Shown: piece by piece, positions 27,181-36,544 of the stretch
How positions within the stretch are numbered: position 1 is the first letter of the stretch
Layout: each line of letters starts with the position of its first letter
Assembly (NCBI GenBank): GCA_964652315.1
Contig: CAZZBU010000002.1
Span: forward strand, 7,812 to 71,811
Length of the DNA: 64,000 nucleotides
Direction: 5' to 3'
Source: an uncultured Bacteroidales bacterium
GTDB lineage: Bacteria; Bacteroidota; Bacteroidia; Bacteroidales; JAAAOM01
Made by a program: the position numbers and the translations under genes
Notes under the pieces: model-generated
What the model was told of the DNA's origin: nothing
Seen by the model: the letters and a program-made list of their open reading frames with translations, nothing else
Databases searched by the model: none

Positions 27181-30100
27181 TTAGTTTTTTTGTTCATCCT
27201 TTTCTTTCAGTCCTAGCTTTGCAAGATATTTAATAAAAAGCTCATCAAAAGTATCAAATTCTTCCCTGTAAAAAATTCCTACTCCCTGGGTATAATCTGA
27301 GTCGTAAAACCTGTAATTATCATTGTTGGCTTTGTTAAATGCCTTAAGATGGACATTCCGGTTTAACTTGAAATCAACATTAAAATCACCCACTATGTTA
27401 TTGGTTTGATTTATATCAGCCCTTGTCGGTTTCCCGCCTACATCGAGGTTTCCGTTTATGCTTACACGGTCATTGAGTATTTTGGTAGACAGGGCTACTT
27501 CAAGTTCTTTTTTCGTGAGCTCATCACCTGGGCGGTAATTTACTCCGATATCAAAATCATTGCTCATCTGAGATAACCAGTGGCTTACCTGGTTCGAAAA
27601 CAGTTCGCTGGTAGTTACTCCAATTGGGTTGATGCCATTTCCCAGGGCTGTATTATCGCCGGCTGATGGAATTTGATTGGGGTCAATCATAAAATTATTG
27701 ATGACCAGGAGCGATAAAAAGTGTTTGCTCAACTCTTCTTCTGTATTAATTTTACCTTCAACCTGACTTCTGACAAAAGGATCGGCCGTTGGCAGATAAA
27801 TTCCAAAGTCTATTTTTGGATTTACCAACTGTTCTGTTAGCAGTAGCTGACATTCCACAGGCAAGCGTTTGTTATAAATGCTGCTATTGGGATCTTCCTT
27901 GTTTTCTGCCTCAGTAGGAAATAGATTTGTAAGCGTGGATTTGGTTTCATACGATGCTTTAATGTTTAGGTCTGCATCCATAGGATTACCATTCCAGCTT
28001 ATATAACTGCCTTCAACAATTTGAAATTTTTTGTTTATGAGGTTTTTTAAGGTAAATAAATAATCTCCTTCGGTTATGCTGTAATCACCATACATATTAA
28101 ACTTTCCAAGGGTATTAATTGCCATCCGGAGATTACCGTCGCCCCTGCCACGAATGATGTCCCCCATTTTCGAATCAAATATAATTTGTACCTCGGCCTC
28201 AGGCGTTACGTCCAATTCAAAATTCAATACCAGGGACGACAGGTTTACCTTGTATTCATCTTCTTCAACATTGTTTTCTGATTGATCGGTTTTGGTTGCT
28301 GGTTTCTTGAAACGCACAAAATTAAATTCTTCAACTTCTTCGCTTGATGAAAGCGGAATATAAAACCGGGTTTCAGGATCAGTGGTGGCTTTGATATTAA
28401 AAACCAGGTTTTTTGTTGGACCTGAAATATCAATCATACCGCTGGCAAATGCAGTTCCGTAAAAATCATTATTATCAGCATATGTGGTGTTGAGAAAGAG
28501 AAAATGGTCTGCTTTAAAATGCATATCCAACTCAAAATTTTTCAGGTATTTATTGGATATTATGCCATTGGCAACGGCTGCATTCCCCCTTTGATCGAAA
28601 ATATTGATGTCGTCAAAGTAAATTGTGTTGTCTTTTATCTTTACCTGATCAGAGAATGTGTATTTGGTTTTCAGATAATTCACTTCTACAGACGATTTGT
28701 TCAGTTTAATTTTCCCATTGGTTAGGGGGCGATCGAGCGTACCTTTAACATCAATATTGCCCGAAGCCATGCCTTTTAGATTAGAAAACACTCCACGCAA
28801 GTATGGGTTGAAAGTGTTAAGCCTCAATTTGTTAAGTGTCATATCAAAATCCACTGCTTTATCAGCAGGGGTGTAATCCCCCGCAATAGCAATGGTGTTG
28901 ATATCGCCCCGCATGGCATCGGCCTCAACGTTGATGAGTTTTTGGTCCGAGTTATAAAAGGCTTTTATCTTGCTATCGCCAATAATCTCACCGTTAACAT
29001 ATAAATCCTTTATATCCAGATCAGAATTAAAAGAAAAGTTGTCGTACACGTTAAATATCTCGCACTCTCCATTCATCAGGCCTTTGGATGATACTTTATT
29101 GTTCTCAATCAGCATATTCAGGTTTTCCAGGCTAAAATCCCTGAAGGAGAATACCAGCCTGTCATTGGCATCTGCCGACAATAATCCGTTGATGTTAAAT
29201 TCCTGTTGGTTTCTTTTAATGTTAAAGTTATTGATGAAGATACGGCTTGAATCTATTTCCAGTGTACTTCTTGCAATCTGCCAAACCGAATCGTGCATGA
29301 TTACTTCAGAAGGTGGTATCATCACATCAATGGAAGGCAGCTTATGGTTATTGAGTTTTTGCAGCGCCATCAGTGCATTGATATTCCCCTTGTAAACAGT
29401 AGTATCCCAATTATGCCATTGAGTATTAAAGTTAATGGTATCGTTTAGCGCATGCAGTTTCAATGCATAATTTTCAAGATGGATGTTCTTATTGAGATTA
29501 AAGAATTTTGACCCGGATTCAAGGGATAAACCTGATTCACTTGTGAATACATTAATAAAAAAGTTTTCAAGGCTGTAATGTTTGTATACCAGGTTGTTGG
29601 ATTTCAAGTGCAATCGCACGGTGCTGTCTTTGGGTATAAAATTTCCTTCAACGTGGGTGTTTTCTGCCATAGTGAAGTTGGGAAAGAAGAACGCTGAGAA
29701 CTCCTTTGTATCCTTCAAATTAGCATGGAACGAAAAACTGTTTCTTTCAATGTCATCTCTTATGTTAACCTCAGGAAAAAGCGATGGTAAATAGAAATTA
29801 AGAAATGTCTTTATGGTATTTGGAAGCATTTGAATTTCATAATTTCCGAAAAGTTCAGCATCAACTATATCCGATCTTAGTGATAAATAGCTTGAATCCG
29901 GAGCATTCATGGCTGTCAGGCCCAGATCCGAAAATTCTATTTGATTCTCTTTCTTTGAGAAGAATGCATCCATTAATCTGAATTCACCGTTAAGCTGGTC
30001 GAGATTTTTTCCACTACCATCGGCCTGAAGCATAAAGGAGGTTACTGAAGATGAATCTGATTTATCAATGTTGAGATTAAACAGATTTGCCTGAGAAACC

Positions 30101-31683
30101 CTGGCTGTAAAATCAAAATCAGCAAGTTCATCTGTAAAATCTACTCTACCGGCAAAGTCCAGATTAAGGTTCGGATCCCTGACCTTAAACTCACCATCAA
30201 AAAAATTGCTTAACAGACGTCCTGATATATTAATGTTTTTATAAGGATATTGATTGATTTCAAGATTATAAATGGTGCCTTCAATATCAGCATCAATTCG
30301 ATCTTCAGCACTGCTTTTACCATTTATGTTTATGTCTCCGCTAATGCGGTCCACAATCTTGTTATCGATCGACAGCAAACGGCCAAGCTCAAAGTTTTCG
30401 GTAATAAGGTTGCCACTGTATTCGATGGTTTTTTTACCGGCTGGCCTCAACAGCAGGTCGGTTGATAAATTTCCAAGGGCTGTATTAAATTTTCCATAAG
30501 TTACAAAATCATCAAAAAATCCGGTGAACTTGCCTGTATATTTTATTACTTCGAGTGAGTCGAACAGTTCAGTAATTTGGTACTCCGGATCGTAAAACTC
30601 CCGGTAAATTTTTTGTATGTCAAACGTAGATGTAATTAACTGTGTGATGTCGAAAAAAACAAATGTATTGCTGATATCAGGTAAACCCTTAATGTCAAAA
30701 CTGCCATTGAGGCTGGTGCCAGAGTTGTAGCGGATGTTTAAATTTTTACCCTTCAGGTTGTTGAGTTTACCTTTAAATACCCCGGACAGAATAATGTTTT
30801 CCTTTACCGGAGGTATAATATCAGCAAAAAAAGCCAAATCAGTCATTGCCAGACGACTGGGGTTGCAGGCAATGTTAAGCCTTACGCTGTCATATATGTG
30901 TCTGATTTTAAAGTTATTATATTTAGAAAACTCAAAAAGTGCTTCTTTAGTAGCCAGCTCACTGCCTGCTGTATGGATGGTCATATCCTGGTAATGCATG
31001 TGCCTTTTGCTAATGCTAAGCCGGCTGACAAAATTTTTAACTGCAAAGCCACTTTTTTCTTTAAAATGCATGCCTTCAATTTCAAATAAAGCTGTATCAT
31101 GCCTTAATTCAAAACCATCTACTTCCAGTTCAAACGGATCAAGCCACATATCTGTAAAATCAATGCCGGAACTTTTATTGTTGGGCCTGGCATTCGTAAG
31201 GCTGAAGACAGATTCCCTGATGTCAATGTTTCGAATACTGAATTTTAACCGATCTTTTTGCTTTTTACCGGATTTATTATTTTTAAATTCATCAATAATG
31301 AACTGAAGGTTGACTGTTTGCGTGGAATCAATGCGAAAAAGAAATTTTGATTCTTCTATTTCCAGGTTGCTAAGCTGCAGAATGCGTTTTTTCTGGTTGT
31401 ATCTTCGAAGACCAATAGTTACTTCTTTGGCAAAAAACAAGGTGTCCCGGTTCAAATCTTCGATATAAACATTGTTGAGCTTAACTCTGTTGAAAAGGTT
31501 AACTGAGGCTGTTTCGATGCTTATCCGGGCTTTGAGTTTTTCAGATAATTCATTTGTTATTTTATGAATAATGGTGTTTTGAACTTTTTTAGACTGCAAT
31601 ACCACATATCCCAATGCGGGAAAGGTTATCACAATGGCCAGAAGGATTATGATAAAGCGATATGTTTTTTTTAAATTTTTCAA
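27181..31683 (-). CDS. tamB: translocation/assembly-module TamB-like giant envelope protein
   Basis: 1500 aa. Single N-terminal anchor 'FIIILLAIVITFPALGYVVL', then a long beta-rich Asn/Asp/Ser-rich body. Size, architecture and position divergent from tsaD match annotated Bacteroidota TamB (from recall, not searched). Confidence 0.7.
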   Translation of the reverse strand: MKNLKKTYRFIIILLAIVITFPALGYVVLQSKKVQNTIIHKITNELSEKLKARISIETASVNLFNRVKLNNVYIEDLNRDTLFFAKEVTIGLRRYNQKKRILQLSNLEIEESKFLFRIDSTQTVNLQFIIDEFKNNKSGKKQKDRLKFSIRNIDIRESVFSLTNARPNNKSSGIDFTDMWLDPFELEVDGFELRHDTALFEIEGMHFKEKSGFAVKNFVSRLSISKRHMHYQDMTIHTAGSELATKEALFEFSKYNNFKIRHIYDSVRLNIACNPSRLAMTDLAFFADIIPPVKENIILSGVFKGKLNNLKGKNLNIRYNSGTSLNGSFDIKGLPDISNTFVFFDITQLITSTFDIQKIYREFYDPEYQITELFDSLEVIKYTGKFTGFFDDFVTYGKFNTALGNLSTDLLLRPAGKKTIEYSGNLITENFELGRLLSIDNKIVDRISGDININGKSSAEDRIDADIEGTIYNLEINQYPYKNINISGRLLSNFFDGEFKVRDPNLNLDFAGRVDFTDELADFDFTARVSQANLFNLNIDKSDSSSVTSFMLQADGSGKNLDQLNGEFRLMDAFFSKKENQIEFSDLGLTAMNAPDSSYLSLRSDIVDAELFGNYEIQMLPNTIKTFLNFYLPSLFPEVNIRDDIERNSFSFHANLKDTKEFSAFFFPNFTMAENTHVEGNFIPKDSTVRLHLKSNNLVYKHYSLENFFINVFTSESGLSLESGSKFFNLNKNIHLENYALKLHALNDTINFNTQWHNWDTTVYKGNINALMALQKLNNHKLPSIDVMIPPSEVIMHDSVWQIARSTLEIDSSRIFINNFNIKRNQQEFNINGLLSADANDRLVFSFRDFSLENLNMLIENNKVSSKGLMNGECEIFNVYDNFSFNSDLDIKDLYVNGEIIGDSKIKAFYNSDQKLINVEADAMRGDINTIAIAGDYTPADKAVDFDMTLNKLRLNTFNPYLRGVFSNLKGMASGNIDVKGTLDRPLTNGKIKLNKSSVEVNYLKTKYTFSDQVKIKDNTIYFDDINIFDQRGNAAVANGIISNKYLKNFELDMHFKADHFLFLNTTYADNNDFYGTAFASGMIDISGPTKNLVFNIKATTDPETRFYIPLSSSEEVEEFNFVRFKKPATKTDQSENNVEEDEYKVNLSSLVLNFELDVTPEAEVQIIFDSKMGDIIRGRGDGNLRMAINTLGKFNMYGDYSITEGDYLFTLKNLINKKFQIVEGSYISWNGNPMDADLNIKASYETKSTLTNLFPTEAENKEDPNSSIYNKRLPVECQLLLTEQLVNPKIDFGIYLPTADPFVRSQVEGKINTEEELSKHFLSLLVINNFMIDPNQIPSAGDNTALGNGINPIGVTTSELFSNQVSHWLSQMSNDFDIGVNYRPGDELTKKELEVALSTKILNDRVSINGNLDVGGKPTRADINQTNNIVGDFNVDFKLNRNVHLKAFNKANNDNYRFYDSDYTQGVGIFYREEFDTFDELFIKYLAKLGLKEKDEQKN

Positions 31684-31815
31684 ATGACCATTAAATAGAT
31701 TCTTTCAACATCAAAAATTAAACCATATTTGCAACTATTCTAGGAATCAATGTAAAGGTAGGTTTAATTTCAGAACGTAAAACAAATAAAAAAAGTTTAC
31801 AAAAGTATAAATAAA

Positions 31816-32832
31816 ATGAGCATAACTATTTTGGGCATTGAATCATCATGCGATGATACTTCAGCAGCTGTTATCAGAAACCAGGAATTGCTCGCTAATT
31901 TCATTGCTAATCAGGATGTTCATAAGTCCTTTGGTGGTGTTGTACCTGAGCTTGCCTCACGTGCGCATCAGCAAAATATTATTCCGGTGGTTGATGAAGC
32001 TTTCAAACACAGTGGAATCAGCCCGGATGATATTTCAGCAGTTTGCTTTACACGTGGTCCCGGTTTGCTGGGTTCCTTACTGGTAGGCGTTTCCTTTGCT
32101 AAAGGATTTGCCCTCTCAAAAAATATCCCTATCATTGAAGTGAATCATTTACAGGCCCATATATTATCGCATTTTATTGATGAGCCCAATCAAAAAAATG
32201 AGCATCCCGGGTTTCCTTTTTTGTGTCTTCTGGTCTCCGGGGGGCATACCCAACTGGTCCTTGTGCGCGATTACCTCGATATGGAAATAGTTGGAAATAC
32301 CATTGATGATGCTGCCGGTGAAGCATTTGACAAATGTGCCAAAGTTATGAATCTTCCTTATCCCGGAGGACCGCTTATTGATAAACTTTCAGGCGAAGGT
32401 ACAGCCCGGTTTAATTTTGCAAAACCACGCATTAAAGGTTTGGACTACAGTTTTAGCGGACTGAAAACCTCATTTTTATACTTCCTGCGTGATCAGATAA
32501 AAGTAAACTCTGATTTTATTGAAGAAAATAAAGCCGATTTGTGTGCATCTCTGCAACAAACCATTATTGACATATTATTTGAGAAGCTTATTCAGGCTGC
32601 TAAAAAATACCATGTACATGAAGTTGCCATCGCTGGCGGGGTGTCAGCGAACGGTGGGTTGCGGCAGCGTTTGCTGGAAGAGGGTCGTAGAAGGAACTGG
32701 AAGGTGTATATTCCGGCCTTTAAATATTCGACAGATAATGCTGCTATGATTGCAATTACCGGTTATTATAAATATAAGGCAGGCCTTTTTGCAGATATGG
32801 GCATAACGCCTGCAGCACGGTTGCCATATTAA
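31816..32832 (+). CDS. tsaD: tRNA N6-adenosine threonylcarbamoyltransferase
   Basis: 338 aa. 'ILGIESSCDDTSAAV', 'VNHLQAHI', 'LLVSGGHT' and 'AIAGGVSAN'. Confidence 0.95.
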   Translation: MSITILGIESSCDDTSAAVIRNQELLANFIANQDVHKSFGGVVPELASRAHQQNIIPVVDEAFKHSGISPDDISAVCFTRGPGLLGSLLVGVSFAKGFALSKNIPIIEVNHLQAHILSHFIDEPNQKNEHPGFPFLCLLVSGGHTQLVLVRDYLDMEIVGNTIDDAAGEAFDKCAKVMNLPYPGGPLIDKLSGEGTARFNFAKPRIKGLDYSFSGLKTSFLYFLRDQIKVNSDFIEENKADLCASLQQTIIDILFEKLIQAAKKYHVHEVAIAGGVSANGGLRQRLLEEGRRRNWKVYIPAFKYSTDNAAMIAITGYYKYKAGLFADMGITPAARLPY

Positions 32833-32883
32833 TCAAACCCAGCGGCCAGGATGCTTTAATAAATTGTTTATGAATTAAAAAGG

Positions 32884-33429
32884 TTAAGCTAACTCGCTGT
32901 GGTATTTTTCATATAGCTTAAAGAAGTGGGCAGCAAGCTTAGGATTAGCATCGGCACAAGCTTTTACTACTTCGTTTGCCCAGGATAAATAATTGGTCTT
33001 TTTTCGTTTACTCCACCATATCGGGTAGGTCATCATATCAGTGATATTGGCTATTTTATCTGCAATCCGTATTGTTTTGGCCAAAGGACTCAAGGCTGAA
33101 GCAGTGATTAGTTGCAGCTCTTTTTGTTTATCCGAAGGCAAGGACTTATCATCAGTCAGTTCCATAATCAGGTTCAGTACATTTTTACCGAATAGATGCT
33201 CAATTTCATTTTCCGTAGTATCGGTGTCTTCAAGGATATCATGTAAAAATGCCGCTTGTATACATCCGTTATTAGTCACCTCACCTATATCTGTAATTAA
33301 ACGTGCAACTTCAATCGGGTGATTAATATAGGGCACATGTTGCCAACCTTTCCGATGTTGGGATCGGTGTTTTTCAGCAGCAAAGGCCAGCGCTTTAAAA
33401 ATATTTTTAGTGTCAATTCCTTCAGGCAT
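32884..33429 (-). CDS. HD-domain protein, Mesh1/SpoT-hydrolase-like small alarmone hydrolase
   Basis: 181 aa. 'AFAAEKHRSQHRKG...PYINHPIEVA', 'AFLHDILEDTDTT', 'LTDDKSLP..K..Q' and 'RIADKIANI'. Colinear with the RelA/SpoT hydrolase domain but lacks synthetase or regulatory domains. Confidence 0.8.
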   Translation of the reverse strand: MPEGIDTKNIFKALAFAAEKHRSQHRKGWQHVPYINHPIEVARLITDIGEVTNNGCIQAAFLHDILEDTDTTENEIEHLFGKNVLNLIMELTDDKSLPSDKQKELQLITASALSPLAKTIRIADKIANITDMMTYPIWWSKRKKTNYLSWANEVVKACADANPKLAAHFFKLYEKYHSELA

Positions 33430-33473
33430 TTCAATTTTGTTGGTGAAACCCTATAGATATATCTCTGAAATGC

Positions 33474-33481
33474 TATCTTTG
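33474..33481 (+). promoter_or_regulatory. candidate -7 box (TAnnTTTG) for the SiaC-like gene
   Basis: TATCTTTG, 67 nt upstream of ATG 33548. A near-repeat GCTATCTTTa lies about 50 nt downstream. Confidence 0.3.
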
Positions 33482-33547
33482 TTCAGCTATAAATTATTTT
33501 TATTTCGAACTAAAATTTAAGCTATCTTTAGCTTTATTTTATTTCTC

Positions 33548-33922
33548 ATGGAGAATCTGCTAATCGAAAGTACTAAAAAAACTCCCGAAGTTAGTTTTAA
33601 TACTGATGGAAAAATCAGGATTAGTGGTCGCTCCATTCCTGAAGATGCCTCCAGGTTTTATGAAGACCTTTACGAATGGATTTATTATTATTGTCAGAAT
33701 CCGGCAGAAACAACCATTGTAGATGTAAATCTTGAATATTTTAACAGCGGCTCTTCCAAGGCTCTTTTACACATTTTGCGCGCACTAGCGGATGTCACCA
33801 AAAACGACCATAAATTAACCATTAACTGGTATTACGAAGAAGGGGATGACGATATCCTTGAAAAAGGTGAATATTATGAGTCGATTCTCGAAATCCAGTT
33901 TAATTTCATTGAAACAGAATAA
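33548..33922 (+). CDS. SiaC-family (DUF1987) partner-switch-type regulatory protein
   Basis: 124 aa. 'TPEVSFNTDGKIRISGRSIPED...FYEDLYEWI', 'LEYFNSGSSKALLHIL' and 'INWYYEEGDDDILEKGE' match the DUF1987 pattern. Confidence 0.8.
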   Translation: MENLLIESTKKTPEVSFNTDGKIRISGRSIPEDASRFYEDLYEWIYYYCQNPAETTIVDVNLEYFNSGSSKALLHILRALADVTKNDHKLTINWYYEEGDDDILEKGEYYESILEIQFNFIETE

Positions 33923-33933
33923 TTCTTACTGTT

Positions 33934-35073
33934 TTATTTCTTTTTGCCTTTCCCTGTCAATCTGTCAATATCTGTTTTATGGAAAAGACGATGTTTTATT
34001 TTCTTAAAAGTCAGGGAATGCTTTTTGGTGCCTCTGTTATCAAGCAGAAAAGCAAATGGCTGAAGAGAATCGATATTGGTGATCACAATTTTTAGCATGG
34101 CCAGTACCGGAATGATTACCAGCATGCCGGCAATACCCCAGACTGTTCCTGCAACAATCAGGCTTATGATAATAAAGAAGGGGTTGATCTTAACGTTATA
34201 GCCGACAATATTTGGGGTGAGGATGTTGTTTTCCAGAAACTGGATAACAGCAAATAAACCGATAATTCGAAAAGCCAACAGCGGATTGTCACCGGTCAAA
34301 AGGGCAAACAGAAATGCAACTGCAGCGCCAATAAGGGTTCCAAAATACGGAATGAAATTACACAAAGCACTGATCACACCCAAAACCAGCGCGTATTTCA
34401 TGCCAATAATATAAAGACCGAAAGAATTTACAAAACAAAGGATAAACACCACTGTTGAAACACCCCACATATAACTCGAGGCAATATGTGAAATGTCCTT
34501 TAGAATTTTAACGGTCAGAAATTTTTTGTCTTTTGGCACCAGTTTCAGAATGAAAATGGCAAATTTTGTTCTGTAATAAAGAAACAGAAAAATATATACA
34601 GGAAGAATACCAATTGCAAAAAGCGTGTTTGTGGTGGCACTTAAAACGGTATTAAACGATTGCCGGCTTAGGTCAAATATCCCGCTAACAGTCTCTTTAA
34701 GCGCAATTTCAAATTTATCATCCGTAATTCCAAATTTCGATTCAATGGAACCAACCAATGCATCGATATTAGAAAGCGCTTTACTTCTTAGGGCAGGGAA
34801 ATCTTCCATTAGGCTTGCAAATAGTTTGTAAATGAAGAAAAAAGTGAAAAACAGCAGTGCTACAGCTACTAATATAGTTATCAGGTTGGCCAGGATTCTT
34901 GGAAATCGATGTTTCTCCAGGAAATTTGCAAGGGGTAAAAATAAATAACTCAGCAACATGCCAAATGCCATAGGGTACAACAAATCCTTTGCTATTATAA
35001 TACCATAAATGGTCAGGAACAATGAGGCCAATATAAATGTGTACCGTACAATAAACGGATATTTTTGTGACAT
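33934..35073 (-). CDS. AI-2E/PerM-family transporter
   Basis: 379 aa, about 8 TM. 'NFIPYFGTLIGA' is the conserved AI-2E motif. Confidence 0.85.
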   Translation of the reverse strand: MSQKYPFIVRYTFILASLFLTIYGIIIAKDLLYPMAFGMLLSYLFLPLANFLEKHRFPRILANLITILVAVALLFFTFFFIYKLFASLMEDFPALRSKALSNIDALVGSIESKFGITDDKFEIALKETVSGIFDLSRQSFNTVLSATTNTLFAIGILPVYIFLFLYYRTKFAIFILKLVPKDKKFLTVKILKDISHIASSYMWGVSTVVFILCFVNSFGLYIIGMKYALVLGVISALCNFIPYFGTLIGAAVAFLFALLTGDNPLLAFRIIGLFAVIQFLENNILTPNIVGYNVKINPFFIIISLIVAGTVWGIAGMLVIIPVLAMLKIVITNIDSLQPFAFLLDNRGTKKHSLTFKKIKHRLFHKTDIDRLTGKGKKK

Positions 35074-35121
35074 ATCTTAGTATATTTTAGAATGCATTAT
35101 TATTGACATAAAAAGATTTCG

Positions 35122-35129
35122 CAAAAATA
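35122..35129 (-). promoter_or_regulatory. candidate -7 box (TAnnTTTG) for the AI-2E transporter gene
   Basis: The minus strand reads TATTTTTG, 49 nt upstream of ATG 35073. Confidence 0.3.
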
Positions 35130-35162
35130 GTTTCAAAAACCGGATCAAAACGTTATAAGGCA

Positions 35163-35477
35163 TTGTTTTTTTCTACTTTCTTCTTGTTTTTTTTTATTAT
35201 AGTTGTATGTAACTTTCAGCATCATTATGCTGCCGGAAAACAAAGTTGTGATGTGCAGGTGCCGGTTGTGAGCCCGCAAGAAAAATTACAATACCTTGTT
35301 TCCTATAACTGGTTTTTGGTTAATACTGATGTGGGCCATGTAACAATCGAGTTGAATCCTGTGGAGTATAAAAACAGTCGTCTGCTGCATATCGGTGCCA
35401 GAGGTCAATCAGCCATAGCCAACCCCGGATTTTCAGGTATTATATTTATTGAGCTTATCTTTAAGTTATTACGATAA
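35163..35477 (+). pseudogene. possible truncated DUF3108-like gene remnant
   Basis: ORF with a TTG start and no in-frame ATG. The segment 'EKLQYLVSYNWFLVNTDVGHVTIELNP..YKNSRLLHIGARGQS' resembles the N-terminal strands of DUF3108 proteins, which are normally ~250 aa. The frame then runs antisense into the 3' end of 35405..35854 and stops. Confidence 0.3.
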
Positions 35478-35854
35478 ACAGTTATTTTACCGGGCTGAAT
35501 TTCATTTATATTAAGTTCCATTCGAACATCAAATGAACATACACAGTTGCATCTGTCCTTACTTGAATTTTCGTAGATTTTGATTTCGTTATTTTTTATT
35601 TCCAGTTGGGTACTTACCTCGCTTACACAACAGTTGAACAAGGCATCCCGGTGGAAAACGATAACCTTATCACCCTGATTTGTAATCTCAATTGTTTCCT
35701 GGCCTGCACCCCTGCCTTTGCAACCGCTTATCTCAAGGGCTACTATTGAGGCCTGCGACATCCTTTTTTCATCAGGCAATTCTTCTTTGGTGCAACCCGA
35801 ATTCAGTAAGCATGAAAATATTGATAAATATGCTGCAAAATAATTTAACATCAC
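35405..35854 (-). CDS. Cys-rich lipoprotein, unknown function
   Basis: 149 aa. Lipobox 'LLNSGC'. Six further Cys, including 'FNCCV' and 'RCNCVCSF'. Confidence 0.6.
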   Translation of the reverse strand: MMLNYFAAYLSIFSCLLNSGCTKEELPDEKRMSQASIVALEISGCKGRGAGQETIEITNQGDKVIVFHRDALFNCCVSEVSTQLEIKNNEIKIYENSSKDRCNCVCSFDVRMELNINEIQPGKITVYRNNLKISSINIIPENPGLAMAD

Positions 35855-36078
35855 AATGAGTTTATTTATAAAGATGCTTGAATAGGTTAAAGGTTGCTTC
35901 CAGGCTGGTTTTTTTTAACAATTTTTACAGGAAGCAGTGTATCTTTTGTTTCCATTTTTAGTAGAAGAATTAGTAACGGCATATATAAATATGTTGACGG
36001 GTAATTATTTGTTTATTTATAATCAGAATAAATTGCTTATTTAATGGTGAAGTCAGTATTATTTAAGATCAACATCAT

Positions 36079-36086
36079 TAAATTTG
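36079..36086 (+). promoter_or_regulatory. candidate -7 box (TAnnTTTG) for the rseC-rnf operon
   Basis: TAAATTTG, 24 nt upstream of ATG 36110. Confidence 0.4.
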
Positions 36087-36109
36087 CTCTTTCGTTCATA
36101 AGATAGGTG

Positions 36110-36544
36110 ATGATGAATTCATCGAAAAGCATTGAACATAAAGGAGTTATTGAAGAGGTCAACGGAAAGGTTGTAAGGGTGGGTATTCAAGCTGCCTCAG
36201 CATGTGATTCTTGTCATGCAAAAGGAATATGTGGAGCAGTTGATGTTCAGGACAAATATGTCGATGTCAATATTTCAAATAACATATACAAAGTAGGAGA
36301 ACATGTACATGTTGTTCTCAAGCAGAACGAAGGATATAAAGCTCTTTTATGGGGCTACTTAGTGCCTTTGGTCCTTGTCATTGCCATGTTGTTTGTCACA
36401 TTGGCAATTACAAACCATGAAGCAAAAAGTGGTTTGATAGCATTATCATCCCTGATACCCTATTATGCCTTTTTATATTTTCTTCGTAACCGGCTTAATA
36501 ACAGCTTTCATTTTATGATAAAAAAAAACAATAAGGATGAATGA
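36110..36544 (+). CDS. rseC: RseC/MucC-family (SoxR-reducing-system) membrane protein leading the rnf operon
   Basis: 144 aa from ATG 36110; the ORF track opens at GTG 36107. 'GVIEEVNGKVVRVGIQAASACDSCHAKGICG' followed by two TM helices. Overlaps the rnfB start by 8 nt. Confidence 0.75.
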   Translation: MMNSSKSIEHKGVIEEVNGKVVRVGIQAASACDSCHAKGICGAVDVQDKYVDVNISNNIYKVGEHVHVVLKQNEGYKALLWGYLVPLVLVIAMLFVTLAITNHEAKSGLIALSSLIPYYAFLYFLRNRLNNSFHFMIKKNNKDE

